Source: Cyanobacteria bacterium J06626_4 | Lineage (GTDB): Bacteria > Cyanobacteriota > Cyanobacteriia > Phormidesmidales > Phormidesmidaceae | Assembly (NCBI GenBank): GCA_038523235.1 | Contig: JBCBJQ010000095.1 | Location: forward strand, 1 to 22,719 | Direction of reading: 5' to 3' | DNA: 22,719 nucleotides | Part shown: positions 18,340-22,719 of the stretch, in pieces | Position numbering within the stretch: position 1 is the first letter of the stretch | Layout: every line of letters starts with the position of its first letter | Notes under the pieces: generated by a model | Told to the model about the DNA's origin: nothing | The model's database searches: none | The model's input: the letters and a program-made list of their open reading frames with translations, nothing else | Program-made: the position numbers and the translations under genes

Positions 18340-19245
18340 TCACGCATGGGTTGCTTGCCCTCTCTCGATATCAGCCCCTCTAGCAGTCTGCTCGGCAAAT
18401 GGCGTCTGCGCAAATCCTAAAGGTTTAACGTAAAAATGTCGTCCGACAGCAAACTTGAGCATCCGTAAAGGCGTACTCGAACCCGTTAAGACCCAAGGTC
18501 GCAAATACTTACCCAGTAATAATCGACCAATTCCCTTGATTCGAGCCTTAGTACGGGCAGAAAAGAAACTCAGACTTGAGTACCTCATAGGTTCTGCATA
18601 TATTGGCGTAAAGGCAAGCTTGCCATACAGCAAATCGGCACGGTGAACAGAGCTTAACCCTGCCTTTTCGTGTTCTGAATTCGGCTTTCCTCCGTGTTCC
18701 CCATAATTTCTCCAGGGCAAATAGCCATCCAGCTTCCTTACACGCAGAGACTCTTCAATTTTGCTATCCCAAGTTGAGTATTGTGTGGGGCCAGGACTTT
18801 CAGCAATTTTACCTGCGAGTTCCAGCAATACCTGGGCACCTGCAGGTGTCAAAATATAGGCAACCATTGAAGTAGAAAATCCGATCGCATGATTCCTGGA
18901 TGAAACAGAATAAATTTGTGGCGCGCAAGTATACAACCAGGCAATTCCTACATTTCGCAAGTTAGTGTCATAAGGCATTGGCAAACTGTTCAGGCTCCTT
19001 ACGGGCACAAAATCTGCCTCACAAATCAATTGGGGCTGATTAGACTCAACAACTTGTTTCCAAGCCCTGCAATGATTAAGCAAGCAGAGATAACTAGGCG
19101 AGTAATCTTTATGTTCCGGCTGATGATGTTGCCGCAACACATTACATTCAAAGCCTTGTTCGATAAACTGCGCTTCTAACTGAGACGTATTTTCTTTGTA
19201 AGCTATGACCAGAACTTTCTTAATGGCGTCTTCTACTAGGAACAT
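18340..19245 (-). CDS. Putative glycosyltransferase, GT25/LPS-biosynthesis-like
   Basis: CLLNH..AW, LICEADF (at the ILEDD position), STSMVAYILTPAGAQVLL and WD..IE resemble GT25-like proteins. ATG 19245 preferred over GTG 19272. AT-rich. Confidence 0.65.
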   Translation of the reverse strand: MFLVEDAIKKVLVIAYKENTSQLEAQFIEQGFECNVLRQHHQPEHKDYSPSYLCLLNHCRAWKQVVESNQPQLICEADFVPVRSLNSLPMPYDTNLRNVGIAWLYTCAPQIYSVSSRNHAIGFSTSMVAYILTPAGAQVLLELAGKIAESPGPTQYSTWDSKIEESLRVRKLDGYLPWRNYGEHGGKPNSEHEKAGLSSVHRADLLYGKLAFTPIYAEPMRYSSLSFFSARTKARIKGIGRLLLGKYLRPWVLTGSSTPLRMLKFAVGRHFYVKPLGFAQTPFAEQTARGADIERGQATHA

Positions 19246-19525
19246 TTTGTATAAACCGCATAAGAGAATCACTTCAATGAGTTCTGAACATCACTACTCA
19301 TTGACGGAAATAGAACAGATATGAGCCGAGAGGAGCGAATATCTCGAATCCTGGAATCAAGTCGACTCAAGCACCCAAAAACACGATGTCAAAGACACCA
19401 TACTCATTATCGAAACAATATTTTTTAACCAGTATTTATCCTGAAGCCGCTATAGCTACTATGCCGATAGTATCCTTCAGAAATTGTCAGCAGCAAGTTC
19501 TGAAAAGGGGCAAAGTATACTAATC

Positions 19526-19604
19526 TCGTGAAGATTAACAAGAACTTCATCTAATGCCACCAAGATTAACAAGAACTTCACGTTGAGTCTCGTGATCTTC
19601 ACGA
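19526..19604. repeat. Two perfect 19-bp direct repeats bracketed by a 10-bp inverted repeat
   Basis: AAGATTAACAAGAACTTCA at 19531-19549 and 19562-19580. TCGTGAAGAT (19526-19535) is the exact reverse complement of ATCTTCACGA (19595-19604). Confidence 0.9.
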
Positions 19605-19646
19605 TGTTAAATGTCTAGACCTGGGAGACCGATGCTGACGGTTGAA

Positions 19647-20818
19647 CTCACTACAAGGACCAAAATTACAGAACCTAATTGCAGCCAACACACCGCCGAA
19701 ACAGATTGAAGAAGGTACGTATAGACAGTCACAGCCATAGTGCAACAGACTTCTGGCTTTGCAGCCGTCAGCCTTCGCAGGAATTAAGATAGCGTTGAGA
19801 ATTACTAAAGCCCGCTCAGCATCGCCCCACCGAAAAACCGCGATAGCACAGCGATTAACTTGCAGAGATGTTCGAGATGGCAGCAATAAGGCAATTTCAG
19901 ACTCAATTTCAACACCAATGTTTTCAGTGCCGCAAACAAGGTCTCGATGTCCCACCGCAACTGGTGATCCGCCAGCGCGGGCTGCAGGTAGCGCTCAAAA
20001 CCAGCCATTCATCCTTCTCCAGACGAGTCGCCATGACGTAGATACAAAAACTTCAGACCCAGCATTTGCCTGAGAGGACACAGTTCTCTCCCCCCTTTAA
20101 GTAAACAAACATCCACCATCCTCCTGGCGACGCTTGCCAGAGCACGCACCTATATAGTCGTGATGGCCTGAGCCTGCATCGACAAGCGATCGCCTGCTGC
20201 CGTCGCGAACTGCAACGCTCTCATCTGACTCACTCTCGATCCATCGATCAAACAACGAATTTCAGCCTGGAAAAAGACCCGCTCAAGGCGTCACAGCAAC
20301 GCCATCCGCTCGTTACTAGGATGTTGATCCGTTGGTCGAACATCATCAACATTTAGTGGAAAGGCGCTCCTCGTCAACAATTCCAGCATTCAGATGTTGC
20401 AAATAACCGCGCTGAATGACCAATGTATGGGGCCAGACCTAATGTCCAAAGTTGAGGAAGCTGACTCCAACCGACTACCGCCAGTGCAATTTTGTCAAAA
20501 TCGATGTCAACTTCTCACCAGAAGCAGGTCAGGCGGCTGTAACTCGATACGCTTTGCACCCGATTTGCAAAGACAGACGACAGTTTGCCCGGGTGACTAC
20601 TTCTACGCGAGGCAACTATTAGAACACAGAGCGATCAGGCCAACCGGGCTCCATGCCAAGGCGAATGAAGGCGCAGCCACTTGGCTTCGGCTAATCTTGT
20701 TCATGAGTAGGTTAGTCTTGGAGCTGTGGTGGGTTATCACTCACCGGCTTGTTTCTCAATTTGTCAAACCCCACCCGGCTAAAGTTTCCGGCTTTTCCAA
20801 CCTCGGTCTTGTACCTAT
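19647..20818 (-). mobile_element. Decayed IS4-family insertion sequence (about 1.17 kb), ends approximate
   Basis: Contains a fragmented transposase. Residual terminal inverted similarity: TACAAGGACC (19652-19661) versus the reverse complement of GGTCTTGTA (20805-20813). Confidence 0.7.
19650..20704 (-). pseudogene. IS4-family DDE transposase pseudogene
   Basis: Minus-strand translation across shifting frames from ATG 20704: MNKISR / LRLHSPWHGARLA* / SVFANRVQSVSSYSRLTCFW*EVDIDFDKIALAVVGWSQLPQLWTLGL / HWSFSAVICNI*ML / AFPL / SNERMALL*RLERVFFQAEIRCL / RWDIETLFAALKT. These are collinear with cyanobacterial IS4 transposases as I recall them (PWHGARL, RWxIExLF..LK), with many stops and frameshifts. 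Confidence 0.82.
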
Positions 20819-20843
20819 ACCTTGATGGCCGGGTACTTTTGGA

Positions 20844-20852
20844 GGGAATATT
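20844..20852 (+). promoter_or_regulatory. Putative SigJ-type (J-box) extended -10 element
   Basis: GGGAATATT, an 8/9 match to GGGAATACT, ending 39 nt before the ATG of an hpsE-like gene. Confidence 0.45.
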
Positions 20853-20891
20853 GGCTTCAAGCATTGCCCATCTCAAGCGAGAAAGAAAACT

Positions 20892-21848
20892 ATGCTCGAC
20901 TTTTGCGTAGCTATTCGCGCTTACAACGCCGAAAGGTATCTTCCTGAAATCTTAGATGCCCTGTTTTCCCAAAAAAACTTAGAAGATACACAATGGGAAG
21001 TCCTGATTGTTGACAATTGCAGCACTGATCGAACAGCTGAAATTGTACGAGAGTACGAAGCGAAATGGTTGACTAACGTTCCTATAAGGTACTGCTTTGA
21101 ACCCCGGCAAGGTTCCTCTTATGCACGTCGTAGAGCGATCGAAGAGGCAAATGCGCCACTAATCGGCTTTTTAGATGATGATAATGAGCCTGAACTTAAC
21201 TGGATTAATAAAGCACTAGAGTTTTCGGAAAAACATCCTGACGCTGCTGCATTTGGAAGCCAGATTCACGGCAAGTTTGAGGCTGAACCTCCGGAAGGAT
21301 TTCAGCGTATCGCCGGTTTCATTCCAGTAGTCGAGCGCAAAACCTCAGTCTGCTTTACAGAGGGAAAGTACGATCGCCTCAACATGATGCCTCCCGGTGC
21401 AGGATTAGTTATTAGACGTCAAAGTTGGCTAGATGTCGTACCTGAAGATCTCGTTTTAAAGGGTCCTGTAGGTAAATCTCTTGGCAAAAAAGGAGAAGAT
21501 ATCGAAGCACTGATGTATCTAAAAAGAGCAGGCTGGGAGATATGGTTTAACTCTGAGATGCATATTTATCACCACATCCCAAAAACCAGATTCGAGCGAG
21601 AGTATCTTTTAAGGTTCTTCAAAGGAACTGGCCTAAGTCGATTTTATACTCGAGCATTGTCTTGTCCGAAATGGAAAGTTCCCTTTAAAACTTTTGCTTA
21701 CATGATCAACGATCTTCGAAAAGTAATGCTTCACGTCATCAAACATGGACGCCAGTCGAGAAGAGATTTGATTACCGAATGTGAATTTCAACTCTTGCTG
21801 CATTCATTCTTGAGTCCATTCCATGCCTTATTCAGCAGCCAAGAGTAA
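20892..21848 (+). CDS. hpsE: GT2 glycosyltransferase, hormogonium polysaccharide HpsE-like
   Basis: DFCVAIRAYN, WEVLIVDNCSTD, RYCFEPRQG, IGFLDDDN (DxD), FGSQIHG.FE, PPGAGLVIRRQSW, GEDIEAL, GWEIWFN..MHIYHHIP follow the HpsE-family pattern. May be a paralogue rather than the true orthologue. Confidence 0.8.
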   Translation: MLDFCVAIRAYNAERYLPEILDALFSQKNLEDTQWEVLIVDNCSTDRTAEIVREYEAKWLTNVPIRYCFEPRQGSSYARRRAIEEANAPLIGFLDDDNEPELNWINKALEFSEKHPDAAAFGSQIHGKFEAEPPEGFQRIAGFIPVVERKTSVCFTEGKYDRLNMMPPGAGLVIRRQSWLDVVPEDLVLKGPVGKSLGKKGEDIEALMYLKRAGWEIWFNSEMHIYHHIPKTRFEREYLLRFFKGTGLSRFYTRALSCPKWKVPFKTFAYMINDLRKVMLHVIKHGRQSRRDLITECEFQLLLHSFLSPFHALFSSQE

Positions 21849-22083
21849 TCGAATGACACGAAAAACCTGACCTCACATTCAATTCATTCTGTCAATGCAA
21901 TAGAAGACTTCGATATTTTTCTGTAGAATTCCAGCAAATTTCAAACCTTAAAAATTCAAAATCTTTCTCAAAGGCTGCTCCGACAATAATCACGAACCAG
22001 CGCAATACTGCGGCCTATTCCACCAATCACTCATAACAGCCAATCAAGAATAGCATCTTAAATAGGTGAACTGGCACGGGGAA

Positions 22084-22719
22084 TTACTTAATAGACTTCC
22101 CTCTGAAAAACATATACTCGACAACAAGATAAACATTTCTTGCTCGCCTAATAAAAGGAATATCAGACCAAAAAGCTATACTTAAATAAGTCCAAAAATC
22201 CCTCCAAGACGGCTGATCAATTGCTCTGAATTCATCTTTGACAATTTCAGGAAAAAGAGGCAAGTCATATCCCATTCGCTTGCACATCAGAGCAGCAAAA
22301 CGGTTAAGTGCGACTCTCCTCTTATATTCTTTACCATAATCTTTTTGGCGTTTATTAGCATCTAGTAGCTGACAAGCGAAATTATTATTTGAGTGAATTC
22401 GATAATGGATTGCATTCCCTCTAAGTTTAATCCGCTGGATACCAGTCAAGGCAGCGCCACAAGTCAGACAGTCATCGGCACGAATACGCCAATCTTCGAG
22501 ATATGGAATTGGCAAAATCGTCTCCAGATATTTTCTCCTGAAAGAAATAGCGGAAGTTGGAGCAGATTGAAAGAGCTTGAGATAATAGGCCTGAACAACA
22601 GTGCTTTTCAGCACGCTTGAACTATATTCGCCTGGCGAAGAATTTTCAGCATCTTTGAAGTCGATCTGTTCATTGTCTTGAAACTTCTTACGATCGCTAT
22701 AGATACAACCACAGCCAGG
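22084..22719 (-). CDS. GT2-family glycosyltransferase, C-terminal part (5' end outside window)
   Basis: The frame stays open to the window edge (PGCGCIYSDRKKF...). APTSAISFRR..L..ILP, WRIRADDCL and YRIHSNN are typical GT2 C-terminal motifs. Confidence 0.75.
   Translation of the reverse strand, partial: PGCGCIYSDRKKFQDNEQIDFKDAENSSPGEYSSSVLKSTVVQAYYLKLFQSAPTSAISFRRKYLETILPIPYLEDWRIRADDCLTCGAALTGIQRIKLRGNAIHYRIHSNNNFACQLLDANKRQKDYGKEYKRRVALNRFAALMCKRMGYDLPLFPEIVKDEFRAIDQPSWRDFWTYLSIAFWSDIPFIRRARNVYLVVEYMFFRGKSIK

Noticed and set aside
19469..19477. Second J-box for the GT25-like gene (minus strand AAGGATACT)
   Set aside because: Lacks the defining GGG, so the match is too weak.
19531..19580. 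Mini-CRISPR array
   Set aside because: Only two 19-bp repeats with a 12-bp spacer, too short for CRISPR, and no cas genes nearby.
19599..20825. ORFs 19599-19955, 19759-20073, 19805-20008 and 20394-20825 as real genes
   Set aside because: They are fragments or antisense shadows of the decayed IS4 transposase.

Overview
Chromosomal window from a GC-rich cyanobacterium, probably filamentous. Evidence for this: about 27 HIP1 GCGATCGC sites counted by eye in the first 18.3 kb, a tocopherol cyclase, a cyanobacteriochrome and an HpsE-like glycosyltransferase. From left to right it holds a UPF0367-like protein, an ECF/CbiO-type ATPase, a NYN/YacP (Rae1-like) RNase and tRNA-Asn(GTT). Next on the minus strand are tocopherol cyclase, a YgjP/M48-like protein and a CodA-fold amidohydrolase with a non-canonical active site. 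Then come a CHASE2-TM-Ser/Thr kinase, aconitase AcnA, a 1827-aa 6xPAS-3xGAF-GGDEF-EAL protein carrying a DXCF cyanobacteriochrome, and glutamate dehydrogenase. From about 18,340 the DNA is AT-richer and HIP1-poor, with three glycosyltransferase-like genes, a heavily decayed IS4-family element and a compact repeat array in the divergent promoter region. I see no CRISPR array, prophage or defence system, and no clearly new multi-gene system can be proven from sequence alone. The best leads are the rewired amidohydrolase, the light/c-di-GMP sensor between acnA and gdhA, the kinase carrying a cyclase-type transducer linker, and the IS-split regulatory region of the glycosyltransferase block. Family assignments come from motif recognition, not database searches.
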